Assembly (NCBI GenBank): GCA_963782625.1 | Contig: CAWAKN010000013.1 | Coordinates: 55,659 to 119,658, forward strand | Length of the DNA stretch: 64,000 nucleotides | Reading direction: 5' to 3' | Source: an uncultured beta proteobacterium | GTDB lineage: Bacteria; Pseudomonadota; Gammaproteobacteria; Burkholderiales; Casimicrobiaceae | Part shown: positions 50,337 through 60,673 of the stretch, in pieces | How the letters are laid out: every line of letters begins with the position of its first letter | Position numbering within the stretch: position 1 is the first letter of the stretch | Notes under the pieces: model-generated | Told to the model about the DNA's origin: nothing | Database searches by the model: none | The model's input: only the letters and a program-made list of their open reading frames with translations | Program-made: the position numbers and the translations under genes

Positions 50337-53300
50337 CTATTCCAGCGCGAGGGCTATCGCTTGCTCGAGCGTCATCGCGCGCCCTTTCTGCCAGGCCGCA
50401 TCGAATGCAGCATCATCCGCCATCGCAGCGCGGAGAGCGGCAATTTGGAGGTCGAAGCGCGGCCGTTTCCCAGGCCCTGATGGAGCACCAACTTCCTCCC
50501 ATTGCCGCGTTGCGGCGCCACCCATACATGCGCCACGGCCCGGTCCCGCAAATGACAATGCGACGGACGCAAGTCCACCCAGCGACTCGGCCATGCCCCA
50601 GCGGTCACCCAACGCCTGCGCGATGGCCAGGCTCTCCGCATGCATCGCGCGAGCGACTGAAGCGTCGTCCCGCTCAATGGCCAGGTTCCCCAGATTGCTC
50701 AACGAGGAAGCGACACCCCAGCGGTCGCCCAGCGTCCGCCGAATAGCCAGGCTCTCGTCATACAGAACCTGGGCACGCGCGAAGTCCCCGCGATCCTGAG
50801 CCACGCTGCCCAGGACAGACAACGAAGTGGCAGTGCCGCGTCGATCATCCAGCGCACGCCGGATCGCGAGCCCTTCGTCGAGCAATACCTGTGCAGCTGC
50901 AAAGTCGCCCAGCTTGCTCGCAACGTCGCCCAGGTTGGTTAGCGACGACGCAATCCCCCCGCGATCACGCAATTCCCGCCGAATCGCCAGACTCTCCCTG
51001 TGCAGCGCCTGGGCGGCTTCATTGTCGCCCTGGTCGCTGGCCATGCCTCCGAGGTTGTTCAGCGACACGGCCAGACTGCGCAGGTCGCCCAGCTGCCGGT
51101 CGATCGCCATGCTCTCTTCGTAATATCGCCGGGCCGTTGGATAGTCGCCGAGTTCACGAGCCAGCACGCCAAGGTTGTTGAGACAAGTGGCAACGCCCTG
51201 CTGATCATTCATCTCACGCCGGATCGCCAGGCTTTCCGCCTGGAGCGCCTTCGCCGCCGCATAGTCGCTCCGCATCCGGGCGAGGCTGCCCATGCTGCTG
51301 AGCGCGGACGCGATACCGCGCCGGTCGCCCGACTCGCGCCAGATCGCGAGACTTTCCTGTTGGAGCGTCTGTGCAGACTCGTAGTCGCCCTGTTCGCGGG
51401 CCAATGCGCCCGCGGCGCCAAGCGCCTTGGCGCGGGACGCAGGAGACGCGTCGAGTGCCGCTGCAAGCAGCGAAGCAAGCCAGCCACGACCTTCGCCGGG
51501 ATATCCCCGCACCGACCAGAACCACCAGAGCGCACCCGCGATCCGCAGTCCCGCGACGGCATCGCCACCCTCGCCGGACGACCACGCCAGTGCCGAGCGC
51601 AGATTTTCGTATTCTGTCTCCAAGCGATCGAGCCAAGCCTGCTGTCCCGAGTCGACGAGGTGCGGCTCAGCGTCCTCCGCCAGCCGGAGAAAATGGGCCA
51701 GGTGCCGGTCCCGCCATCGACCAATGTCGTCATGTTCCAGCAGCCGGTCTCGCGCGTATTGGCGCACAGTCTCCAGCAGCCGGCAACGCGTCGCACCATT
51801 GCGCTCCTCGGCCAGCACCAGGCTCTTGTCGATCAGCGAAGTCAGGACATCGAGCGCTGTCCCGTCAGCAACACCTGCGTCGATGCAAACCTCATCCGCG
51901 GCATCCAGGGTCCAGCCGCCCGCGAAGACCGCCAGACGCGCGAGCAGCGCTCGCTCCGCCTCGTTCAGCAGGTCATAGCTCCAGTCGATCAGCGAGCGCA
52001 GTGTCTGTTGGCGCGGCAGCGCCGTACGGGAGCCTCCGGTCAACAGGCGAAAGCGCTGGCTTAGCTTTTTTTCGATTTCTTCGACGGACAGCGATCGTAC
52101 CCGCGCCGCGGCCAGTTCGATGGCCAGCGGAATCCCGTCCAATCGAAAGCAGATGGAGGCAATCGTGGGCGCGTTCCGGTTGGTAATCGTGAAATCCGGG
52201 CGGGCGAGCAACGCACGGTTGGTGAAGAGTTGCACCGCCTCGAATTGCGCGACGCCTTCCAGCGTGTGCGACAACGTCGGATCGGGAACCGAGAGCGAAG
52301 GGACACGGTAGGCCTGTTCGCCGCCTACGCCGAGTGCTTCGCGGCTGCTCGCCAGGATCTTCACGCCGGGACACTGGCGCAGGATTCCGTCGGCCAATGT
52401 CGCGCACGCGTCGAGCAGATGCTCGCAATTGTCCAGGAACAACAGCAGCCGTCTATCTCTCAAGTGTTCGGTGAGCGCCTGTGCAATGGGTCTCCCGGGC
52501 ACCTCCTTGACTCTAAGCACCGTCGCCACCGCCTGCGGTACGAGAATCGGATCGGCAAGTGCTGCCAACTCCGCCAACCAAACGCCATCGGAGAACTGCT
52601 CGAGGGCATCGGCCGCGACCTGCAGACCCAGGCGGGTCTTGCCACACCCGCCGGAGCCCGTAAGCGTCAGCAGGCGCGTCCCGGCTAGAAGCGCCGCCAG
52701 CTCCACCGACTCCTTCTCCCGTCCGATTAAACCTGTCGCTTGCTGTGGAAGGTTGTTCGGCGTGGCCTCGAGCGAGCGCAGCGCGGGAAAGTCCTGCTGC
52801 AACTGTGGATGCAAGGCCTGGTAGACGCGCTCCGGGGTCGCGAGATCCCTGAGTCGAACCAGGCCCAGATCGCGTAGCGCAACCGCCGCAGGAAGGCATT
52901 CTCTCAGGCGGTCGACGACGGCCTGGGACAGCAGCACCTGGCCTCCGTGCGCCGCGCTCATGATCCGCGCCGCGCGATTGACGGGGCTCCCGAAGAAATC
53001 GTTGTCGCGACGCTCGACGATTCCCGCGTGCAGACCGCAGCGCACGCGCAGCGCAATGCCGCCCGTCGCCACGGGATCGGCGAGTGCCTGTTGCATGTCA
53101 AGCGTTGCCGCGAGCGCGTCCTGGGCAATCTCGAACACGGCATGCATGCCGTCGCCAGTGGATTTAACCACGGTGCCGCGGCGACTCTCGACCGCACGGC
53201 GCGCAATCGCGTCGTGCGCGGCCAGAGCCTGCGACATCCGCGCGCCATCCTGCTCCCACAATGCGGTACTGCCCTCGATATCGGTGAACAGGATCGTCAC

Positions 53301-53345
53301 CGTACCGGCTGGCGGGGCGATGTCAGCGCGAATCGGCTCCGACAT
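50337..53345 (-). CDS. Adenylate cyclase-like + STAND ATPase + 40-aa TPR array
   Basis: FTDIEGST, KSTGDG, VNRAARI; GSGGCGKT, LDNCEH, LDGIPLAIELAAAR; repeated GDRxGxAxSL. Confidence 0.92.
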   Translation of the reverse strand: MSEPIRADIAPPAGTVTILFTDIEGSTALWEQDGARMSQALAAHDAIARRAVESRRGTVVKSTGDGMHAVFEIAQDALAATLDMQQALADPVATGGIALRVRCGLHAGIVERRDNDFFGSPVNRAARIMSAAHGGQVLLSQAVVDRLRECLPAAVALRDLGLVRLRDLATPERVYQALHPQLQQDFPALRSLEATPNNLPQQATGLIGREKESVELAALLAGTRLLTLTGSGGCGKTRLGLQVAADALEQFSDGVWLAELAALADPILVPQAVATVLRVKEVPGRPIAQALTEHLRDRRLLLFLDNCEHLLDACATLADGILRQCPGVKILASSREALGVGGEQAYRVPSLSVPDPTLSHTLEGVAQFEAVQLFTNRALLARPDFTITNRNAPTIASICFRLDGIPLAIELAAARVRSLSVEEIEKKLSQRFRLLTGGSRTALPRQQTLRSLIDWSYDLLNEAERALLARLAVFAGGWTLDAADEVCIDAGVADGTALDVLTSLIDKSLVLAEERNGATRCRLLETVRQYARDRLLEHDDIGRWRDRHLAHFLRLAEDAEPHLVDSGQQAWLDRLETEYENLRSALAWSSGEGGDAVAGLRIAGALWWFWSVRGYPGEGRGWLASLLAAALDASPASRAKALGAAGALAREQGDYESAQTLQQESLAIWRESGDRRGIASALSSMGSLARMRSDYAAAKALQAESLAIRREMNDQQGVATCLNNLGVLARELGDYPTARRYYEESMAIDRQLGDLRSLAVSLNNLGGMASDQGDNEAAQALHRESLAIRRELRDRGGIASSLTNLGDVASKLGDFAAAQVLLDEGLAIRRALDDRRGTATSLSVLGSVAQDRGDFARAQVLYDESLAIRRTLGDRWGVASSLSNLGNLAIERDDASVARAMHAESLAIAQALGDRWGMAESLGGLASVALSFAGPGRGACMGGAATRQWEEVGAPSGPGKRPRFDLQIAALRAAMADDAAFDAAWQKGRAMTLEQAIALALE

Positions 53346-53516
53346 GAAGGTTGGCGTGAAGTGGCGGCGAGGCGGGACACCCCATTTTCCGGATCGCTAC
53401 CGGATTAGGCAACATCTTGGATCCAGAGCCGCGCCGCCCCCATTTCAAGGCACAAACCTGCCCGCAAGGTTCGACTCCTCTCGTGGTGGTATGGCCGCGT
53501 CGAATTTCGCGAGCGC

Positions 53517-54233
53517 TCAGGGACCCGCAGCGGCGCCCAGATATGCGCGCCGCAGCGCCGGGTTGCCGAACACCGCGTCCGGAGTCCCCTCGGCGACGAT
53601 CCGGCCCTCCTCGAGAAGATACGCGCGATCGGCGATCGCGAGCGCCTCGGCCACGTTCTGCTCGACGAGCAGCACCGACGTGCCGCTCGCGCGCACGTCG
53701 CGGATCGCGCCAAACATCGCCTGCACGATCAGCGGCGAAAGCCCGAGCGAAGGCTCGTCGAGCAGCAGCACCCGCGGCTGCGCCATCAGCGCGCGGCCGA
53801 TCGCGACCATCTGCTGCTGGCCGCCCGACAGTGCGCCGGCGGGCACGTCGAGCTTGTCGCGCAGGGCCGGGAACATCGTGCATACGCGCTCCAGCGTGGG
53901 TGCGCGCGCCTTGCGCGCCGCGGGGGCGTAGCTGCCGACCTCGAGGTTTTCGCGCACGCTCATCCGCGTGAACAGCCGGCGGCCTTCGGGCACGATCGCG
54001 ATGCCGGCGCTGCAATAGCGATGCGCGGGCAGCGCGGTCAGGTCGCGTCCGTCCATCGCGATCCGTCCGGCGCTGGCGCGGTGCAAACCGGCCAGGGCGT
54101 TGATCAGCGTCGACTTGCCCGCGCCATTGGGCCCGAGGATGCAGACGACCTCGCCGGCGGCGAGATCGAGCGATACCTCCGAGACCGCCGGCGCCGCCCC
54201 GTAGTCGACCTCAAGGCCGCGCACCTCAAGCAC
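53517..54233 (-). CDS. ABC ATPase, LivF-like
   Basis: GPNGAGKS, LSGGQQQ, LLLDEPSLGL. Confidence 0.92.
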   Translation of the reverse strand: MLEVRGLEVDYGAAPAVSEVSLDLAAGEVVCILGPNGAGKSTLINALAGLHRASAGRIAMDGRDLTALPAHRYCSAGIAIVPEGRRLFTRMSVRENLEVGSYAPAARKARAPTLERVCTMFPALRDKLDVPAGALSGGQQQMVAIGRALMAQPRVLLLDEPSLGLSPLIVQAMFGAIRDVRASGTSVLLVEQNVAEALAIADRAYLLEEGRIVAEGTPDAVFGNPALRRAYLGAAAGP

Positions 54234-55991
54234 GAGACGCGCCCAGGTAAGCCGCTACGACATCCGGCCGCGCCATCACGTCAACGGTGCGTCCTTCGGC
54301 CAGCACACGACCCTGGTCGAGGACCACGATGCGCTCGGCGAGCGCCGTCACCACCCGCATCACGTGCTCGACCAGAACGATGGTCGTGCCTTGCGCACGA
54401 ATGCGGCGGATGAGATCGACGGCGCCATCGATCTCCGCCGGCGTGAGGCCGGACAGCACTTCGTCGAGCAGCAGCAGTCGCGGCTTGGCCGCGAGCCCCC
54501 GCGCCAGTTCGAGGAACTTGACCTGATGCAGATTGAGGTCGCCCGGATAAGCGTCCGCGCGAGCCGCAAGTCCGGTGAACTGCAGCCAGTGCGTCGCGGC
54601 TTCGTTCGCGCGATGCCGGTCGAGCGCCGCGCCGCCGAACATGGCTGCGAGCGCGACATTGTCGCGGACGGTGAGGTGCGCGAAGGGCCGGGGAATCTGG
54701 TAGGTGCGCGCGATGCCGGAACGGGCGATCCGGTGCGCGGAAAGCGCAAGAAGGTCGATGCCGTCGAAATTCGCGCTGCCGGCGTCGGCCCGAAAATGTC
54801 CACTCACGATATTGATCAGCGTCGATTTGCCCGATCCGTTGGGACCGATCACGCCGAGAATTTCGCCGGCGCGCACGTCGAGGTCGACGCCGTCGAGCGC
54901 ACGCACCCCTTTGAACGACTTGGCGACGCCGCGTACTGCCAGTAGCATCGGGCGGTCTCGGTCGTGCCGGCAGCGACGGTGGAGCGGCAAGCGACAGCAT
55001 CCGGGCGAACCGGGAGCGCGTCCGGAACCGGCGCCGAGGCGCGCGGAGCGCCACGCCCGCGCCGCGCGAAGGCGAGGCCAAGGATTCCTTCCGGCATCAA
55101 CAGGATCGCGGCGACGAGAATCACGCCGACCACGGCCTTGCCGGCGATCGCCTGGTCGGCCGCCGTCGTCGCGTACAGCAGGATCGTGATCGCGATGGCG
55201 CCGATCGCCGGGCCGGCCCAGAACCGGGTGCCGCCGAGCACGCTCATCAGGATGACCGTCAGCGGCACAGTGATGTTGAAGGTCCCGTTCGCGGTGACGT
55301 ACGACACGAACAAAGCCTGGATGCCGCCCGCTACGCCGGCGAGCGCGCAGGACACGCCGAGCGCCACGAGTTTGTAGCCGTAGGTCGGCACGCCCATGAC
55401 TTCCGCCGCGTCCTCGTCGTCGTGGATGGCGAAGAGTCCGAGGCCGAGCCGCGCGCGCCCGATCGCGTACGCAATCGCCACCGTCGCGATCGCGAGCACC
55501 AGCGCCATCATGTAGAACGCGCCCGACGGCGTCGGTGCGAGCTTCGGCACCGGGATCGCGGACAGGTACACGCCGGGACCGCCGTCGATGGGCGTATTGA
55601 GGACGATCGTCGCGAGCACGAACGTGGCCGCCAGCGTCAGCAGCGCGAACAGCTCGCCGCGCACGTGGCGCACGCGGAATACCACCGCCCCCAATCCGAG
55701 ACCCAGCAGCGCCGAGACGAGAGCGGCGGCGGGCAGCGTCCACAGGAACGGCACGTCGTACTTTCCGGCCAGCACCGCCGTCGTGTAGACGCCCGCACCG
55801 AAGAACGCGCCGTGGCCGAACGAGAAATAGCCGGAGTAGCCGCTCAGGATGTTCCAGGACGTAGCGAGCACGATCCAGTGGAACACGAGATAGAGGAAGG
55901 ATTCGTAGAACGCCGGCAGCCGGAGGAACGGCACGACCGCGAGCAGCAGGCCTGCAGCGCCGATCCCGAGCAGCGTCCGGTCGAACTTCAG
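54226..55991 (-). CDS. LivM-like permease followed by LivG-like ATPase; probably one fused gene with a frameshift at ~54952
   Basis: SWNILSGYSGYFSFGH permease frame has no stop until well inside the ATPase (GPNGSGKS, LLLDE) region; permease start appears as CTG overlapping the livH-like stop. Confidence 0.8.
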
Positions 55992-56845
55992 GTGCGGCCC
56001 GGGCGCAGCAGCAGCAGCGCGATCAGCAGTGAAAATGACACGATCGGCGCCCACGACGGCGACGCGAACGCCATCGTCACCGCCTCGCTGACGCCGATGA
56101 CGATGCCCGCGGCGAGCGGACCCAGCGGCGAGCCGAGTCCACCCAGCATCACGGCGGCGAACACCACGCCCACCCATGCATAGATCTGCGACGGCGTGAG
56201 CGTGAAGGACAAGGCGAGACATACGCCCGCGATGCCCGCGAGCGCGCCGCACACGCCCGCCAGCAGCAGCGCGTGCGCGCGCCGGTTCACGCCGAATGCG
56301 GCCGCCATTGGCGCATCCTCGGCCAGCGCACGCAGCGCGCGCCCGAGGTCCGTGTAGCGCATCGCCGCCCAGATGCCGAATCCGAGCAGCAGCGCCAGCG
56401 TCAACGTGATGAGCTCCGGCACCGGCACGAACAGCTCGCCCACGCGCAGCTTCTGCCCGGCATAGGCGGACTCGAGCTTGCGGAAGTCGGCGGTCCAGAA
56501 GTACTGGATGGCCGCCTCGATGATCGCCGTCAAGCCGAAAGTGGCGAGCAGCGAGTTGAGCGGCGACACCGCGAAGCGCGAGAGCAGCCACTGCACGGCC
56601 ACGCCGAGTGCGAAGAACAGCGGAACGATCAGCGCGAGCGTGGCGAGCGGATCCATGCCGCCGACGCTGGCCAGCTGATAGCACACGTACGCGGCGAGGA
56701 ATGCCAACCCGAAGTGCGCGAGGTTGATGACGTGCAGCAGTCCCCACGTGAGGCCGAGGCCCATCCCCAGCAGCCCGTACATGCTGCCGATGAAGATGCC
56801 GGACAGCGCCGACTGGGCGAGCAGCGTCCCGCTCGGAAACGTCAT
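55988..56845 (-). CDS. ABC permease, LivH-like
   Basis: GLLHVINLAH, GRALRALAED, VMLGGLGS. Confidence 0.9.
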   Translation of the reverse strand: MTFPSGTLLAQSALSGIFIGSMYGLLGMGLGLTWGLLHVINLAHFGLAFLAAYVCYQLASVGGMDPLATLALIVPLFFALGVAVQWLLSRFAVSPLNSLLATFGLTAIIEAAIQYFWTADFRKLESAYAGQKLRVGELFVPVPELITLTLALLLGFGIWAAMRYTDLGRALRALAEDAPMAAAFGVNRRAHALLLAGVCGALAGIAGVCLALSFTLTPSQIYAWVGVVFAAVMLGGLGSPLGPLAAGIVIGVSEAVTMAFASPSWAPIVSFSLLIALLLLRPGRT

Positions 56846-58047
56846 TGCACGAGCAGCGTCGCGCCCGGAGCCGCGTACTCCTTCGGATAAACGGTGACCC
56901 ACCGCCCGTTCTGCACCTGCTTGACGCGCATCAGGTCGTCGCCATAGTTGCTTGGACCGTCGAAGCGCAGCTTGCCCTGGATCGTGTCGACCTTGTTGGC
57001 CTTCAGCCACGCTGCCATCTTCGCGTCGTCGAGACTGTTGGTCGCGCGTACCGCCGCTTCGAGGATCTGCCATGCCGTGTACGACGCCGCAGCCTGCACC
57101 TCGACGTTGGTGTCGGGGATGCCCGCCTTCGCCGCCCGGTCGTGATACAGGTCGATGAACTCCTTGGCGCCCGGCGCGTTGGAGTACGGCGGGTGCTCCT
57201 CGAAGACTGTCATCGACAACGCGTTCTTCGCCAGCGGCGACTTCGACATCGGCCCCGGCGCCGGATACATGTAGAAATGCTCGACCGGCGCGTAGTCGAT
57301 CTTGTTCATGGCCTCGAGCAGTTGCGTGCCCTCGAGCCCGATGGCGCCGACCCACAGGAAGTCGGGCTTGGCGTCCTTGATGCGCGCGGCAATCGGCGCG
57401 TAGTCGAGGTTGCCGAAGTCCCATTCGAGAAACAGCACCTCGTTGAGTCCGCGCTTCTTCGCGACCTCGCGCGCGCCGAGCGACATGAAATGCACCGATG
57501 GGAACTTGCTGGTGACCACGGCGATCGTCTTCGGCGGCTTGGGCGAGGCGGCCAGCGCGTTCAACACCGTCGTCGGCACAGTATTCCCGGGATCGGGTCC
57601 CAGCGACCACGCCGGGAAATGCTTGTCGTATTTGGCCAGCGACGGTATGCCGAACGTGTGGTGGACGAGCACCTTGTCGTAGCGCTGGGCGACGCCCATC
57701 GCCGACAGGATGGCGCCGGTCGCGTACGGTCCCATCAGCAGGTCGACCTTGTCGACGGTGAGGAGCTGTTCGTAGAGCGTGCGCGCGAGGTCGGGCTTCG
57801 ACTGGTCGTCCCTGACGATCCACTCGACCGGCCGCCCGAGCAGGCCGCCACGCTTGTTCAGTTGCTCGACGTAGATTTCGCCGACGACCTTGTGGACGAG
57901 GCCCGTCGCGGCTAGCGGTCCGGTCAGGGCGAGCGTGCTGCCGATTCGGATCGGCGGCCCGCTCTGCGCGTGCGCGCCGGACGAAAGCACTGCGACGGCG
58001 CAAACGACGGCGCCGAGCCAGCGGGTCAAGCGGTGTCCGGTTGTCAT
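56842..58047 (-). CDS. ABC substrate-binding protein, Leu/Ile/Val-binding fold
   Basis: Signal peptide, PIRIGSTLALTG, GGLLGRPVE, DDQSKP; GAGGAGGA RBS. Confidence 0.9.
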   Translation of the reverse strand: MTTGHRLTRWLGAVVCAVAVLSSGAHAQSGPPIRIGSTLALTGPLAATGLVHKVVGEIYVEQLNKRGGLLGRPVEWIVRDDQSKPDLARTLYEQLLTVDKVDLLMGPYATGAILSAMGVAQRYDKVLVHHTFGIPSLAKYDKHFPAWSLGPDPGNTVPTTVLNALAASPKPPKTIAVVTSKFPSVHFMSLGAREVAKKRGLNEVLFLEWDFGNLDYAPIAARIKDAKPDFLWVGAIGLEGTQLLEAMNKIDYAPVEHFYMYPAPGPMSKSPLAKNALSMTVFEEHPPYSNAPGAKEFIDLYHDRAAKAGIPDTNVEVQAAASYTAWQILEAAVRATNSLDDAKMAAWLKANKVDTIQGKLRFDGPSNYGDDLMRVKQVQNGRWVTVYPKEYAAPGATLLVQ

Positions 58048-58123
58048 CGAGCGTTCCTCCTCGTAGGACTTAGGTCGGCATCGCCGCGTACACGACGTGC
58101 CGCTGTTTTCGCGCGCCGCCGCT

Positions 58124-59092
58124 TCAGCCGGTTCGCGCGTGTTCGCGATTGACGATGAAGTCATCGGGAACCGTCGGCCCCCAGATGTAGAACGAGTCCT
58201 CGGGCGGATGGTCGGCGGCCGGCCAGTCGACGTCGGCGGGCACGAAGTCGATGTCGTACGAGTACTCGGCCCAGCTCCCCCACGGATCCTGCACGTAGTA
58301 GAAATAGTTCGAGCCCAGCACGTGCCGGCCCACGCCCCAGCCGTGGCCATATCCCTTTGCCTTCATGAGCTCGGCGCCCTGCCCCACGTCGTCGAAGCGG
58401 CCGACGTCCCAGCTCGAGTGGTGCAGTCCCGGCGCTTCCGATTTCGCGAACGCAAGCAGGTGGTGATCGCTCGCGTGCGGGCCATGGAGGAACGCGATGA
58501 TGTCGCCGGAACGATCGGACAGGCGCAAGCCCAGGACGCGCTCGTAGAACGCCGCCTGCGCCGGCACGTCTCGCGAAAACAGCAGCACATGCGACAGACG
58601 CCGTGGCCGCACCGGTACTGCCGCGCTGCGGCCCGGTGCCGCACCCTTGCCGGGCGGCGGCGGCGGCACGCGCGCGTCGGCGGCCTTGGTCGCCGGAGAG
58701 ACTTTGGGCCCGACGACGACCTGGATAGCGGTGCCATCGGCATCGCGCGTCCACGCACCCTGACCGTCCGACAGCGGATGCGGGTCGGCCGCGCCGGCGC
58801 TGCGCGCGCGCTCCGCCAGCGCGTCGAAGTCGTCTGCGTAGGTGGCAAAGCTCAGGTACTGGATCCGCTTCGGCTGGCCGTTTGCGTAGACATTGCCCCA
58901 GCAGTGGGGATGTCCATACGTGTGCAGGTCGAGGCGATTGCCTTCGCGCCGCACGTCGAGTCCGAACGATTGGTAGAACTCTTCGGCGGGCGCCAGGTCG
59001 GGAACCGTGAACACGAAACGATTCAGCGAATGCACGCCAAGCGCATTGCTGCGCCGCGGCATTGCCGATTGACCACTGGTTGCTGTCGCCAT
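58124..59092 (-). CDS. VOC family protein (extradiol dioxygenase/glyoxalase-like)
   Basis: Two VOC modules; RRLSHVLL, DHH, LHHSSW, WGVGRHVLGSNYFYY..DPWG..EY. Confidence 0.85.
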   Translation of the reverse strand: MATATSGQSAMPRRSNALGVHSLNRFVFTVPDLAPAEEFYQSFGLDVRREGNRLDLHTYGHPHCWGNVYANGQPKRIQYLSFATYADDFDALAERARSAGAADPHPLSDGQGAWTRDADGTAIQVVVGPKVSPATKAADARVPPPPPGKGAAPGRSAAVPVRPRRLSHVLLFSRDVPAQAAFYERVLGLRLSDRSGDIIAFLHGPHASDHHLLAFAKSEAPGLHHSSWDVGRFDDVGQGAELMKAKGYGHGWGVGRHVLGSNYFYYVQDPWGSWAEYSYDIDFVPADVDWPAADHPPEDSFYIWGPTVPDDFIVNREHARTG

Positions 59093-59316
59093 GATCGCCC
59101 TCCGCAAGCGGCCGAGATTCCGGCCAGTTGCGACGATAGCAAATTTCCGGCCCTAAGCGGTCGTTGATGTTCTCCTGATCACGGGTTCAATCGCCCGCAG
59201 GTGAATCCGGAATTCCCGGATGTACTCGGCGTTTTCAAGTGTCGTAGCCGGCCGCCCGGCAGCAGACCGATCAGTCGACGCAATCGTCATGCTGTACCGT
59301 CGATTTCTTACGCGGA

Positions 59317-60450
59317 TTACCCTCCGGTGTCGAGATCGATCAGCATTCCGCTCTCCAACGCGTCCAGGCCGCGCTTCAGTTCGTCGTTGCCGAGCGCAGC
59401 CGGCACGGCCAGCAGCGCCTTCACCTTGAACGTGTGACCATTGTCGGGGGCATCGACGATCTCGGTGTGCAGCTCTTCAATGCTGACGCCGCGATCCGCG
59501 AGACTGTGTGAAAGATCTCGGATGATTCCAGGGCGGTCGGGCCCTTCCAGCTCCAGCATGACCATCCTCCGCCCGGCGGGCGCAGGCGGATGCGAAGTCT
59601 TCGCGATGACGATTCGCAATCCCGCCGATTCGAGCCCTTGCAATGCAGCTGTCAACGCATCGGCGTTCGCCACGGGAACTTCGAAATGCACCATGCCGGC
59701 GAACTGGCCGGCAATACTCTCCATCCGGCTGCCAGCCCAATTCGCGCCGAAGCCCTGCGCGCGCTCCGACAACTGCCGCACGATCCCAGGGCGGTCCGAT
59801 CCGATCGCGGTGACCACCAGCGAAACGACCTGGGGCTTGGTTTCGTCGGTCAGCGACACCGTCCGGTGCACGAGCGGCGCCTTGGTTGCGAAGCGCGGGT
59901 CCTGCGGATGGGCGGGAAGCGCGCCGTGCTCCGCGGCGTGCCTTACGACGCGCGCCAGCAATGCGAGTCCCATCGGCGCCAGCGCGCGCTCCCAGAGCTC
60001 GCGCGCGGATTCACCCTTGGCGACGAAGCACCAGTCCTGCGCGGCCACCGCGCCCGCGTCCCAACCATCGGCCAGGTGATAGACCGATCCGCCTGCGATC
60101 GGATCGCCTTCCATGATCGTCCACTCGACAGCGGCTATGCCGCGATGCCGCGGAAGCAGTGACGGATGGTAGCCAACGCCGCCCAAGCGCGAACGCGCCA
60201 GCGCCTCATTGCTGACCCGCGCGTGCGTATGTGCGGCAACGATGAGATCGGTGCCGTCGGCAATCGCTTCACCGGGGACCACCTTCGGATTCACGAGCAC
60301 GTGCAGCGGCACGCCTGCGCCGTTCGCTGCCAATGCGAGGCGGTCGTCCGCCGCCGGCGCGACAACGCGCGCGAACTCGACGCCGTCCTTGCGCAGCGCC
60401 TCGAATACCAGCGCGCCGAAATACCGGGATCCCACCAGCGTGACCTTCAT
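59317..60450 (-). CDS. Formyltransferase-domain protein fused to two GcvR-like ACT domains
   Basis: GYHPSLLPRHRG, WDAG; then VTAIGSDRPGIV and LEGPDRPGII. Confidence 0.85.
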   Translation of the reverse strand: MKVTLVGSRYFGALVFEALRKDGVEFARVVAPAADDRLALAANGAGVPLHVLVNPKVVPGEAIADGTDLIVAAHTHARVSNEALARSRLGGVGYHPSLLPRHRGIAAVEWTIMEGDPIAGGSVYHLADGWDAGAVAAQDWCFVAKGESARELWERALAPMGLALLARVVRHAAEHGALPAHPQDPRFATKAPLVHRTVSLTDETKPQVVSLVVTAIGSDRPGIVRQLSERAQGFGANWAGSRMESIAGQFAGMVHFEVPVANADALTAALQGLESAGLRIVIAKTSHPPAPAGRRMVMLELEGPDRPGIIRDLSHSLADRGVSIEELHTEIVDAPDNGHTFKVKALLAVPAALGNDELKRGLDALESGMLIDLDTGG

Positions 60451-60673
60451 CGAACCTCGCGAATATTGGAATGGGCGCCGCGACGTGTCGGCAGCGTGGG
60501 AGGATATCAAGCTTCCGCAGGTTGAGGAAAAGTCGGCGGCTCCCGCGTTGCACCGCCACGACCTTTACGGGAAAACTCGAAGAGCAGAAGATTGCGTGTC
60601 GCGCTTGGCTATTCGCGGTGCTGGATCATGGGAATCCGCCGCCGCGAGGTTCGGCACCCGAGGGCTTACCGCC

